Source: Lama guanicoe
Lineage: Eukaryota
Assembly: GCA_013239625.1 (NCBI GenBank)
Contig: MU054212.1
Coordinates: 6,980,270 to 7,044,269 of the forward strand
DNA: 64,000 nucleotides
Direction of reading: 5' to 3'
Shown here: piece by piece, positions 41,501 to 54,230 of the stretch
Layout: every line of letters begins with the position of its first letter
Position numbering within the stretch: the stretch's first letter is position 1
Made by a program: the position numbers and the translations under genes
Notes under the pieces: generated by a model
The model's input: only the letters and a program-made list of their open reading frames with translations
What the model was told of the DNA's origin: nothing
Databases searched by the model: none

Positions 41501-42290
41501 TCTTTCTTTGCTTCCCTCATAATTTCTGTAAAAAACTAAACATTTTATCCAGGCTGCTTGCAACTCTGCCTTTATCTTCACTCTTGCCTATGCAGATCTT
41601 AAAGGTCAGCCAGAGGTAAACGATTCATTTTCTTGGTCTTTTCTAAGCACGTGTTTAGCACTGGTCGTACGTGTGCCCTTTTTCATTCTCCAGTACGTAT
41701 GAGAGCTTTGAAAAACCCCATTCCCCCATGTATCTCTTTTCCCAGTATCTTTATTCCTAGGCATTTTAGTCTGTTTAATGCTTGTCCTGACTGTTAACCA
41801 CAGCCTCAGACACTGGTGGCAAGTATACACCTTTAAATGCTTTAAGCAAACACTCCCTGGAAGTGGCTCCAGCTCTGTGATTGCTCTAAGTCAGGAAAAA
41901 CAAAGACAAGCCTTTGTGCTGTTCCTTCAGGGAGTCATCAGACTGGTCAAAACACTGAACCATAATTCTTTGAGAATAAGGTCCATATTGTTCCTTCTGG
42001 CACTAGCAACATGCACCACAAGTGCAGGCTGCTTGTTTCACGGCCACCACTAATCTAAGGGCTGGAAGACGGCAACTGGACAATTTAAAATGTCACAATC
42101 ATTTCTTAACACAATGCAGCAGACTTTTTCTTCATTAACTTTTCCCCTGGTTGTTGTAAGTTTTGGACTAGATTCCAGATTTATGCAAAAATTGATTCTA
42201 AGCAATTTTTGCCAATTTTACAGTTGTTTTGTGGCAGGACAGAGTTCTGGAGATCCCCATTCTGCCATTTTCAGTGATACCCTAATTCTT
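38545..42290 (-). mobile_element. Old fragmented LINE-1 (L1M/L1MC-like; 5' UTR, ORF1 and ORF2 pieces, 3' piece), sense to CCDC178
   Basis: Antisense ORF2 text (tagtagaattcaccagtgaagacatcaggtcctgggct); ORF1 text (cattccactgccttctgtcctccataatttccgatgagaa); 5'-end-like text ending tctgccattttcagtga at about 42275. Confidence 0.85.
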
Positions 42291-42432
42291 ATATTTTTAA
42301 AAATAAATTTGAATATCTAATATTAAAAATATGCTTCCAATTTCCTGTTCTCTCTGAATTAACTCATGTTACAGCAGATTAATCATCAAACTTTGAACAT
42401 AAAAATATAAAAGAAGTATGAAAGGCTCTTAC

Positions 42433-42455
42433 CATTCTTCCAAAGAAGTTTCAAA
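42433..42455 (-). CDS. CCDC178: CCDC178 coding microexon, 23 nt, phase 0/2
   Basis: ttttgacag|TTTGAAACTTCTTTGGAAGAATG|gtaaga; encodes FETSLEE(W). It is needed to keep the frame between the flanking exons. Confidence 0.93.
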
Positions 42456-44769
42456 CTGTCAAAATAAAAGATCTCAATAAAAATCAATTTTTCAATATCT
42501 CAAAAACAATATTAAACTTAACTCACACTTAAATTCACTAATAAAACTATTAATACTTTACTTTACATTCTCCATTATATTTTTATCAAATTATACTCTT
42601 TTGTTTCCACAACACAGTCACAGTCCTGTTCTTTTATTATTATTCCCACATAATTGTTCTCAACTTTCAACTCCTTCTAAATTTTACCCTTTCAGCAAGG
42701 GTCAAACCAAATGCCATTTACTCCTAAAAGACTTTCCACACAATCAGAAGTACACTGTATCCACTGAATTTTAATATATTACCAAAGAGAAAAAAACACA
42801 TAATTACATTTGAGTTCACAGATATTCAGTTTTTTTTTATAGTATTATCCCTCTTCTGGGCTATAAACTCCTTGGTAGGAGTCATATCCTACAGATACAG
42901 TCTGATAGTACCGTGGACTATAAAGAGCACAAATTAATAAAAACAGAAGGAGTATACAGTCAGAATGTTAGGGGTTTCATAGATAATCTCCAATTCAAGA
43001 TTTTAAATTGGACAGACATGGCTACTTCTCCTCAATTCCCACATCATACGACAATTTCTGAGGAAAAAAATATATATGTCAATAAAATCACCAGAATACA
43101 TATTTTTAAAGAATTCCCAGAAATAGAGTAATAAGATGAGACTGATGGTGAAAACAGAGCAAAGAAAAGTATAACTGAGAAGCAGAACAATGGGAGAACA
43201 TTTCAGGAGAGGTGAAAGACTTCTCTGCGGAGCTCATGGAAAAAAGTCCAGGTATGTGAGACTAAGCAAGTGATAAAGCAAGCAACTGAAGGGCTGCCTG
43301 TGATGAGATGGGTCAGTCCAGCCTTACTGCTTTCCATCTCAAGAATCCAGAATACACGGCAGAGAAGTTACCTTCTACTCACTGCCATGAGAGTAATTGC
43401 CTAACCACACTGGAGATCTGCCTAAGATGGAGAAGCTGCCTAAGAATGGAAGTTATGGTTCTAGAGAGAAACAAAACAGAGCTTATGTAACCTGCAAAAT
43501 CTTACACAGATACAAACAGGTGAATGAGGAAAAACAAAAACAGATTTATCAATGAGTGAAAAGATTCTAAGGGGTTATAAACGCAAATATAAGCTTAGTA
43601 AGGCAAAAGCAAAGGCTCACAACTTTCTTGCCTAGGCATTTTACCTCCTACTTACAAAGAGGCTGGCAAAATTTTTTTACATACTGCATGAAAGCCTTTG
43701 ATATAAGCAGACTCTGACAGCTGCTAAAAAGCAAACAAATATTAACAGCAACAATAAACAAGAGATTATGCCAACAACCAGTAATCAGTCTGGTCCATCA
43801 TTTATAAATACGAGGACAAAAGAGTATCCAAATATTTGAGGAAAGGTTAGAGCGTGAAAAGTAAGAAATTTTATTTCAGATATAACAGAAATACTGGAAT
43901 GAATAAAAGTGAGTAATAAATTCAAGGTATATATCTCTTTTCTCCACAATATTAAAAAATAGAAAAATAAAATTTAGTATAAGAATATTATTCAAATATA
44001 AAATAGACTAAAAGAAGTAAAAGATTTCATTACTCATATATATAAGAATTTATTATAAAATTTACATTTCAAATGAATGGAGATGAACAAGTCAATGAAT
44101 GTTATTAGGATAATCTGAATAATTAAAGACAAAGTATCATATCTGCCTCATGCAACAAATAAACTTCAGGTGGCTGAAGAAGCTTAATGTAAAAAAACTA
44201 TTCGAAATAATTTAAAAATTAAAAATCTTAATATGAGAAAGAATTTTTAAAACAATACAAAAGTCCCAGAATTTGTCACATGACAAATTGGTCTACATAC
44301 AAATGTCTCTATGAAAAACCTACCATAAATAAGTTTAAAAGCAGAAGAAGAATTTGCAACTAACACAAAGATAAGGGAAATCTATCAATATTTCTGTAAA
44401 TACATAAAAAATAACAACACAATAAAAAAAAATTGGGGAAACTACATGAACAGCAATTAACAGAAAACTAAATGCAAATGGGCAGAAAGGATAAGATGCT
44501 TTATTTATATGTGCCAATTGCTCTATCTATACATTTATCTATACCTATAGACATGCACACATAATTACACACTCACAGATATACATTAAATGAATACTGT
44601 ATACACAAATATGTTACAAAACCAGTATTTCAGCATTACGTTTCCATCAGTTTGCCCATCTTCCCAACTATCTCCTACTCATTCCTCTCCTCTAAACAGG
44701 TTATGGTATTTGTTACACTGCTGGAATTTTCTAGTGACAATAGTGTAAGAGACTCAAAGGAATCTAAAA

Positions 44770-45770
44770 AAAAATATGGACTTCTGGCCTCTATAGAAGA
44801 ACTAGGAGAAAATAAATTTCTATTATTTAAGCCACCAGGTCTGAGATGTTTTGTTATGGCAACATGAGAATATTAATAACAGGAAAAAGTCCAAAATAGT
44901 TAGTCGGGTATATTTCTTATAGAAATCAAAATACCTCTCCAAACCAAGAGCTCACGGAGAAAAGTGACAAGAACAACAAATTAGAAAACTATTCCCAGGA
45001 AGCAGAACTGAGTCCTAATCAAGAACCATTCTTCGGCCTCAGATGTGGTAGACTTACACCATATGCCCTTATAAATTTCAAAATTTTATGCATTAGTAAA
45101 TGCTACGTGCCTTTCATTTTTTCACTTTTGGAAATGAGAGTGTTTTTTTGTAATGATTCTTACCCGCTTCACCATTATATGCTAAGTGTGCAGGAGCAGT
45201 ATTTGACTTGTCATTTTAATTCACATATCTCTCGGTCAAAAGAAGCTGCACCTGAGAAATATCATCTGCACGATATCCGTTGCAGAACATGTGACTATGG
45301 ACCCTCTGCATGATATCATAATGGAGTTAAAACTTTTGGGGAGCTGGTGATCATAGTTTGCATTTGGATAGGTTATTCATCATGTTGCCAATGGATTAAC
45401 TAATAGATTGCTACATAAATGGTCCCCAAAGAATCATGTCTCCTGGTATCCACATCTGGCCTAATACTGTACTGGATTAACAGGAGGATTAATTATATAC
45501 TTTGCTTTGGCCAGTGGGGCTTCAGCAAACATAACACAAGCAAAGCTTTATTATGCACTTGCCTATTGAGATTTGTCCTTTTAGAGCATTCTCTCAGTCA
45601 CTGGACATATGAGTGAGGCCATCTTTATCAGTATTCCCAGGTGAGGTAGCAGATGTGTGCATCCACACGATTGGCCCCAAGCAAGAACTAACAAAATTGC
45701 CCAGCTGATCCCAGAACAGATTGCTCAGTGGTAACCAAATAAATGCTTGTTCTAGACACAAAGTTATAGA
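44770..45770 (+). mobile_element. MaLR cluster: MLT1 LTR 3' end, internal remnant and MLT1H-like LTR
   Basis: ggacttctggcctc...aataaatttctattatttaagccacc; aatggtccccaaagaatcatgtctcctggtatccaca...tgctttggccagtggg...tgcccagctgatccca. Confidence 0.7.
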
Positions 45771-45780
45771 GAGATATTTG

Positions 45781-45812
45781 TGTATGTATGCATGTGTGTG
45801 TGTGTGTGTGCA
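45781..45812. repeat. (TG)n microsatellite
   Basis: tgtatgtatgcatgtgtgtgtgtgtgtgtg. Confidence 0.85.
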
Positions 45813-46265
45813 CATGCACATGTAGCAACAGACAACAGAAAAAACAATGATTACTTTTCTGAAGATATTTCCATTAGAATAATGGGGACCAAACTCAGAT
45901 TGCAATGAATAAATGAGTAACTGGGGGGTGAGGATCAGAGATAACAAATTTAAGCAGCTCTTTTCAGATGTTAAGTGCAATGGGAAGAGAAAAGAGAAGG
46001 AATGTATTTAAAAATATGTAAAGAATTTTTAAGAGCTCTTGAAAACAGAAGAAATATCAAATATTTCTTTAAGTTTCAAACAAAATAGAATTAACAGAAT
46101 GAAAGAACTCAAAGTATTTGGTCAAAAGGGTCAGATGATAAGGTTTCAGGATTAAAAACAAATATGAAATGGTGTAAGCAAAGCCAAGTTTTCCAATTAC
46201 AATTATAAGCATTGTAACAATATTGCTACTTGGTTCTCAGAGCTGAGATATTCTCAGGAATAGAT

Positions 46266-46520
46266 GACACAGTACAGTGGTGAATAGGATATTCTTAGAT
46301 CTCAGACACACCTTGTCTGGATCCTGGCTCTGCCACTGACTGTATTATCTTGGAGGAAATCAACCTCCAGAATCATTTTCCTCATCCATAACTGGGGATA
46401 ATGGGAGTTTCTACTTCACAAGGTTTCTACAAAGATTTAATAAAATCATGCACATTACATGTTTGATACAGTTTATGGTATATAGTAAACACTTAGTAAA
46501 TATGAGCTTTATTATTGCTG
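46266..46520 (+). mobile_element. Near full-length MIR SINE
   Basis: cagtacagtggtgaat...ggatcctggctctgccactgac...ttttcctcatccataactggggataat...atagtaaacacttagtaaata. Confidence 0.85.
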
Positions 46521-47697
46521 TTATTGATGACACTGTTATTGTTTTTGTACAATATATTCTTTATATTTTAAAGAATGATTTCTAAATACTTTCTCTCTAT
46601 GTCATTCTTCTAAATCATGGTAGTATCTTAATGACTTATATTGATTAAATGAAGAGGAAATTCTCATTTCAGTAGAGATCAATCCAAATTAAATAAAGCT
46701 ATCTATAGGCAGTCTAGGAGAATAAACTAGAACAAAAATAAAACAAATTTTATTTGTATTGGAAGTTATCCAGGCAATTATTTCTATCATTTTGCAGTGT
46801 TTTCTCATTCTTCGCAAAAACAAAATACATAGAAAATGTTCACAGTAACTACTCTAAAGAATTTCCTTTTCAAGGTTCAGAATTACAGTTAAACTTCCAA
46901 GAGCGGACAGACAAATTTATGGCAGTTGCCTCTCTATGAATCACAAGCTCTACGTGTTCATTCTGACTGCAAAGGAAACCACTGTGATATGATGGACAAG
47001 CAAACTAGAACTAGGCTTATCCAAAAAAGACTGACCTTTCACTGATCAAATACATTCCATACCCAAAGTACTTGATAGTTTTACAATTACTTACAGGGCT
47101 TTATCTAATAAAAGAAACAAGTACCATCCCAGAAGGAAACCCCACGCCCATCAGCAGTCACCCTGGGCCTTAGGAAACCACCTGTATATGTCTCTATATA
47201 GACTTGCCTCCTTTAGGCAATCACATTAATAGGATCCTATAACACGCGGTCTTTTGTGATTATGGTAATAATTCCAAAACTCTGTAAATACACTAAAACC
47301 ACTGAATTATACACTTTAAATGGAAAACTTTATTACATGTAAATTATTTCAATAAAACTATTTTGAAAAATCAAGCACTTTGTAAAGAAACACAGTCAAC
47401 AATGTATGCAAAAGTGAAACTGTTGAGAATTAAGAGAGGAAAAACTAAAGGGCACTGACTTCTTTCTCCCTGCCCTTGATCCCACCACAATTCCATCAGA
47501 AATGCACTTCTTGCAGTCCCAAAGAAAAATCCAACTTTGTTGGGAGGAAATGTCACTGTGGATTGAATAAAGTCAAGGTCAACAGCATTATTTCAACTAT
47601 ACTTTCATATTTGGGGGCCTCAGCAGGACAAATTTAAATGAGCCTCTACTTGGGCAAACACTCCCTTCTCTTTGCTGGCTGCTGGACCCTTCATGTA

Positions 47698-47830
47698 ATG
47701 GGCTTAGGAGTCAGATGGAACTCAGTTCAAATTCCATCTCTAATGCTTACTATCTGTGGGATGTGTAAACTATTTGACTTTCTAAGTCTTAGAATTATCA
47801 CCAGTAAACTAGGATTCCTATAAAAGGACA
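47698..47830 (+). mobile_element. MIR fragment
   Basis: tgggcttaggagtcagatggaactcagttcaaattccatctctaatgcttactatctgtg. Confidence 0.7.
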
Positions 47831-47954
47831 AATACAAAAGTATAAATTTGTTAAGTGGCTAGAAAATATCAGATGTTTGGTAAATGGAAGCTTTCACTAT
47901 ATTGAGTGGAGAGGTGCCGCAAATGTATCTTTCCAAGTTCTGCTTCAGGTCCTT

Positions 47955-48070
47955 ATTTATTTTTTCATTCAACAGACATTTATTGAGTGTCTACTATGTC
48001 TCAGGCACTGAGCTAGGCACCAGAGACAGCACTAAACAAGTAGACCTGGTGCCTGTCCTCCTCGAGATTT
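47955..48070 (-). mobile_element. LINE-2 3' tail
   Basis: ttcattcaacagacatttattgagtgtctactatgtctcaggcactgagctaggcac. Confidence 0.8.
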
Positions 48071-49659
48071 TCTCTTTATTCAGCTCACTCATTTATATAA
48101 TATATTTATGCAAGAAAGGCTACTTTTTCAGTGTTCCTGAAGATAAACTGTAAAATATCTTAGCTTATTCTGTGAACTATTTTATCTAAGGTAATCTTTT
48201 AGCTGGTCCATCATCTACAGTGTTTAACAGTTCATTAACTGCTCAGAAGCCCCAGCAGGACTGGGTAAAGAACATGAGCTTTGATAAGAGACAGAGTGTA
48301 TTCAAATCCCAATTCTGTCTTGTAACCTTCAACAAGGTTCTCAACTATTTTAAATGATTCCCCACTTAACAATTAGATGTAACAATAACCATTCAACAAA
48401 AGTTTTGTGCTGTTATAATGGTTTATAACAGCTTTCATAGTGCAGCTATTATAATTATAGCTATTATAATTGTTTATTAACAAACATCCATGAATCTATT
48501 TTCATCATTTTAACAACATACACAATTGTTAATTAAACCACATGTGAAGCGCATAGCACATCATATCAATTAATATTAATTAATACTAATTCTCTTCTAT
48601 CTACTTAACATACTCTTCAAGGCCCAGGCCACCATTAGACCTGTGACCTGCAAAAGCATTTTGTGAAGTGTGTTCTGATTTGGGGAAACAAAGAGTCAAC
48701 GGAGATAATACAATACTAACACAGAATGATATAAATAATATTACAGAAATAACAATAGCTAATGTACATTGAGTGCGTATTGTATGCTAGTGCATATCTA
48801 ACATAATATCATTATCTCCTTTACCATCTGAGGTCACAGAACACGTGGCTCTAAAGGCTGTGATCTTAAAAAAAATAAAAATAAAAATAAAGGCTGTGAT
48901 CTTGAAGACTGCACCCTAATGCTTTTAGAAGGAGACAGTACCCTAGATCAAGCATGGTGAGGCGCCATCAGAACTTTCTCAGAGCCAGATCCAGTAACAT
49001 TGGTGAAAGAAGAGAAATGGTACAGATCTCTGGCAAACTTATCTTCCTGTGTGGGCTGTGAAATAATTGTGCATTAATTGCTTAGAAACACAATGTTAAT
49101 AATAAAAGGTATAAGGAGATTTTTTATCATTCCTACATCATCCTTTGAAAATAATTATTTCAAGATTGAACTCCCTTCAGAATAACAAAGGCAAACTTTA
49201 ACGGTAAAAAGACAAAGAAAGAATCATTATATTATCTTTTAACAGACTTATTAAATGAGTTATGTAATAGGTACATAACTCATTAAAAAGGGCATTCTGT
49301 CCTTTTAGACACCAATTTACTCATCTAATCATCTAATCAGTTTAGTGTCCCCAAAAAGGATGTAAATACTATTCAATTTACTAGTCAAGTTGGCTTATGG
49401 AAATTACTACTTAGTATGATTGCCTCTGGATAAAGAACAAACAAGTAGGGGAAAAAATCTATTTAGTAAGGTCGTTTCACCCTTCTGAAGTGACACTATC
49501 AAAAACATGTCCAGATTAGTAAATTATGCAACTGAGCAAAGATTCTATAAACTATTCCAAGAATCATTAGAAAAATAACTCCCTGTGTTCTTTAAGAAAC
49601 TGACCCTGATGCGCTCTACAGAGCTTACAGAAAACGTCAGCATTTTAACTATCACTTAC

Positions 49660-49799
49660 CTGTCTCAAATGTTCCTGTATTTTAGACTCCACATCTTCAA
49701 TGTGTGAAATTATTTTGTTGACACATGGTGCTGGGATGTTAACTAAAGCACAGCTTTGACGTCGGCATGGGTAGCCAAAGTAAATGCCTTTATTCACCC
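49660..49799 (-). CDS. CCDC178: CCDC178 coding exon, 140 nt, phase 1/0
   Basis: ctgtag|GGGTGAAT...TTGAGACAG|gtaagt; encodes (G)VNKGIYFGYPCRRQSCALVNIPAPCVNKIISHIEDVESKIQEHLRQ. Confidence 0.96.
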
Positions 49800-50947
49800 C
49801 TACAGATAAGGAAGACAGAGGACATCAGCTCGCAGTTATATACAGAATAGTAAACACTGATATTCAGAATATGTAAAAAGTATTCTGATTCATTAATATT
49901 AATACTCAAACTTTCTGTGATAAACAGATTGGTAAAATTGTCAGAGAATTATAGATTGAACCTCCAAATAATTGAAGAACTACAATAAAATAATCATTTA
50001 TGACTTAGAATGTAAGAGATAAAAATAAACCTAGGAAGCAAGAATAAAACTTCAAGCAAAGTTAAAACATTAAAGTGTTCCATAGCATCATGAATTAAAC
50101 ACTGAAAAAGAAAAAAGGTAGAAAACCAGTTAATCCATCTGTTTCTAAACAGATCCTGAATCACTTAAAAACTGACTTTGAAATGTATTTTAAATTCTCC
50201 CTTCAAAGAGACTCCACATCTTCCAGTGTAAATAATATCCAACTACTCATGCACTGAAGAGTTCTTCCTTAAATCCAGCATGGTTTCTCTTGCTGAAAAC
50301 AATAAAAGCAGGTCCCCATCATCCTCATAATAACCTCATTTTCCACCTTCCATTTTTGAAAATTGGAGTCTCATGCAAAGAGTGATTGATGGTCTCACTA
50401 TGGCATTCAAGTTGTACTCATCATAAAATCCACTCAGTCTGATGTGCCTCAGTGATTCTAATCCTGGCATGTCCCAAATCAACTGAAGGTTGCAGAAGCA
50501 CAGCAAAGTTGTCCATGAAACTCTACCAAAGTGCTTACTTGCAGTCCTTTTGCCTCTAAGGACTCTACTGGGCTGGGTTATAGCTGCAATCACTGATCTT
50601 AAATGCAAGACACAAAATAAGCTCAGTGCCTCAATGAGAACAGTCTGATGTCCTCATTTCAGCTGACCTTGAGGACCACAGAAGTAATACTGGTGCCTCC
50701 AGACTGACTTCTGTTTCAATGTCAACACATAGAGGTGGTAAATATTTCAGATATCTTCATTTAAACTGTAATCTTTTAAATATCTTTTAAGTGAAATCTC
50801 ATAATATTCTCCTCCAAAAATACAATCTCTGTCAAAATTACATATTTATTTCATTTACAAATGTTTTTACTCTATCCCATATATTCATATCCCATATATA
50901 GAATAACAGTCCACATAGAGAAATATGTATACATGTACATATATTTT

Positions 50948-51170
50948 AACATTTTTGAGTACTAAAAATATGTGCCAAACACGGGACTATGCTAACTAAG
51001 TACTTCTGATGCCACATTTTATTTAATCCTTACAAAAATCTCATGAAATGGGATTATTACTTTGATTTCATATATGAGGAAATCAAAGCTTGGAGAAGTT
51101 ATATAAAGTGGCCCATTCCACAGAGCTGTTAGATGGGAGATCTGAGACTTTAACTCCCTGGCTTTGGAGT
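50948..51170 (-). mobile_element. MIR SINE
   Basis: atttaatccttacaaaaatctcatgaaatggg...atatgaggaaatcaaagcttggagaagtt. Confidence 0.8.
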
Positions 51171-52779
51171 ATAAGCAATACCATGAAGGTTGTTTTTATA
51201 TTTTTTTAAAATGTGACAAAATAAAGAGAAGCAGTTTTAAAAATATATTTCAGGGCATTTCAAAAGTTTCACATATCACTTGTTTTTGAAATTTGAATGC
51301 TCCTTCAAAACATCAGTGCTGATAATTGAACACATGTTAGTTTGTTTTGACCACAGTGAACACACACACTTGGTATGACTATTTTCTGTGTTATATCCCC
51401 ACTTTCCTTTTTAGTTCATACACAGATGAAAGTATATTTTCATCTCTGTAACAGTCAAAGGACCAAAAAATAAGCTGGTAAAAATTAAATATCGATCTCC
51501 TATCCAAATACCCTAATAAGGGCATGTTGCCCTTCCCTCCTGAAATAAGGTTTTACTATACATTTAACAATCAGGCAGTCCTCCTTATACTCAGAGTACT
51601 TGCTTTGCTTCATTAAGTCTGGAGAAAATAAGGACAGCAATAACTCATTTAATATTTTTCCACATGTGCCAGTCTCAACCTACTAGGTGAATATTAACTT
51701 CCATAGCACCTCTATGGGATAGGATTAACATTTTACATACAGTAAAGTGAGTAAGATGAAATATTGTGAAGTCATATTTTGCACCAGAAGTCTTCCTAAC
51801 CAGCACAAGAGAGAACCAGAATTCAGAAGTTCTTATTACTCTTTGATTCTAATGTATGCACAGTGTAAGTCAAACCTTTCCTTTCCTTTTCTTTCTAATT
51901 TTACCCAGATTAAAGATACACCTAGAGCACTAAACTAGGTGTCTATGATCATTCATTTTTTGACTTGACTGGTAACTGTGATTCTTAAGCTAACACTGCT
52001 CAGTGTCTAACTTCAGATTTCTCACTTAATAAATGAACGAGTTGGTAAGGTTTTATATAAGATCATTTTCACCCAAACTGTCACGATACAATGAATTTAT
52101 GGTTTTAGTCAAACAAGCTCTTCCTTGTGAAGCCTGTGCATTAATGATCAGGGTGAGTATTTAATGAATTAAGCTCAGGGAGGACTCTCATTCTCTCTAA
52201 AACTCTGCCCAACTCCAACTTCCTTGCCCGGAATCAATGCATAAGAGGAAATCTTCCTGGACTTCAGCCAGAGTTGAGGTTTGTTGAGACTGCCACATGG
52301 AACTTCCATTTGAGAAAAAACACGGACAGCTTGATTGTGTGGGCAAATGATGGTTTATGTTCATTAACTGTCAACTCTCTTGCTCTCTAATTCGATCCTT
52401 ACGTAATTTATTCACCCAGCCCCAATAATTTAAGATTTTATCACTGCTATCCTTTACATCTCAATTATTGTATCTTTATCTGAACTCAGCACTCTGAGTA
52501 AAAACTTATCTGAACACAAATTTCTTTTTCACATTCAATTAGCCCTTTTAATATCTTGATTTTCTTTCCAAAATGTAAAATAAATTAGTGCTCTTGAGTT
52601 TAGAAATAACTTTTTCTTCTTTCAAAGCCTCTGTGTGATGAACAGAAGGTATCTCTAACTTTTTTTTTATGAAAAATTAAGCTTTTTTTAGTTTTGTTAT
52701 ACACTGGAGGTGGGGAAGGGCAGGAGGGAGACCTTCCCCTGAGTGAAAAACGAATGTGTAGATATACTGATAGAAATTA

Positions 52780-54230
52780 TCCAGTCTCAAGAATAGAAAA
52801 ATGAAGAAAAAAGAAGAGATCCTCAAGGAATTGTAGTACAAAAATAAAACAGTCCAACACATGTGATGTTGAGGTTCTGGAAGGAGAAGGGAGTAAAATT
52901 GGAGTGAAAAAATCTGCAGAAATAATGGCCAAAATTTTCAAAATTTGATGAAAAACACTGACTCACACATCCAAGAAGCTCAACAAATCTCACATAATTA
53001 AAATATAAAGAGAACTATGTCTAGAACATCATAGTCAAATTGCTGAAAACCAATTAATAATGAGGAAATCTTTAAAGTAGCCAGATAACAAAAGGACAGA
53101 TTACATACAGGGAACATGAATATGAGTAACTGCTACATTTCTCATCAGAAACAGTACAGGCCAGAACATAATAGAAAAATATCTTTAAAATACAGGCAGG
53201 TTGGCAGGAAGGAAGGGAGAGAGGGAAGGGGAAACATTAAAGAAAACAATAAATGCAACTTTGTCAAAACCAAAACATTCAGCTTGTCTCAAAAAGATAT
53301 TACAATAAATGAAAGGACAGGCAAGAGAACAGGAAGAAATAGATGTATACTCAACAAAAGACTTGTATCTAAAATGAATAAAGAAAATCTACAACTTACT
53401 ATATAGGAAAACCAAATAAAAAATGAGTGTAAGAATTGGATTCTTCCAAAAAGTCAATATATAAATGACTAATAAGCATGTAAAAAGATGCTCAGTATCA
53501 TTAATCATCAGAAAAATGCATATTTAATTCACAGTGCAGTACCACTTCACAATCACTAAAATGCCTAAAATGTAAAAGTTTCGCCATGCAAATATTAGTA
53601 AGGATACAGAACAACTATAACACATATACTGGTGGAAATGTAAATTACTCTCAGCAAATAGCCTGGTAGTTTCTCATAAAAGTTAAGCATACACTTACTA
53701 TGTACCTCAACATTCCACTTCTCTGTGTTTACCCAAGGTAAAAAGAAAAGTGTCAATAAAAAGACTTATATGTAAATATTCATAAAAGCTTTATATATAA
53801 CAGCCCAAAAATAGAAAATCCCATATTGCCATCAACAGTTGAATAGATAAACTAAACAGTACTCAAACGAGGGAGTACTACTGAGCAATAAAACAAACAA
53901 ACCACTAATGCATTCAACAACATAGATGAATCTCACAGACCTCTTTCTGAGTTTTTGAAAGAAACTGGACACAAAAGAGCACAAATGAAATGATTACATT
54001 TATTTAAACTTTTAGAATGGTAAAACTGAAATCTTATCAGAGGATATGAGGGATGGGGTGAGGTGATACTGACTACAAAGGACATGAATGAGCTTTCTGA
54101 AAAGATGGGAGTTTCTACATCCTATTTAAGATGGTAGTTAAATAGATGTGTGCATTGTCAGAAGTCATTGACCTATATACTTAAAATGACCGGACATTAT
54201 TGTACTTAAATTTTATCTCAAAAAGTTTGT
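52780..54230 (+). mobile_element. Old L1 (L1ME-like): ORF1 fragment followed by ORF2 end and 3' UTR
   Basis: gaaataatggccaaaattttcaaaatttgatgaaaa...catcatagtcaaattgctgaaaacc; aaagatgctcagtatcattaatcatcag; catagatgaatctcacagac. Confidence 0.8.

Noticed and set aside
50336..50608. 90-aa minus-strand ORF in apparently non-repetitive intron
   Set aside because: Starts at TTG, shows no recognisable homology, and is not needed for the CCDC178 frame.
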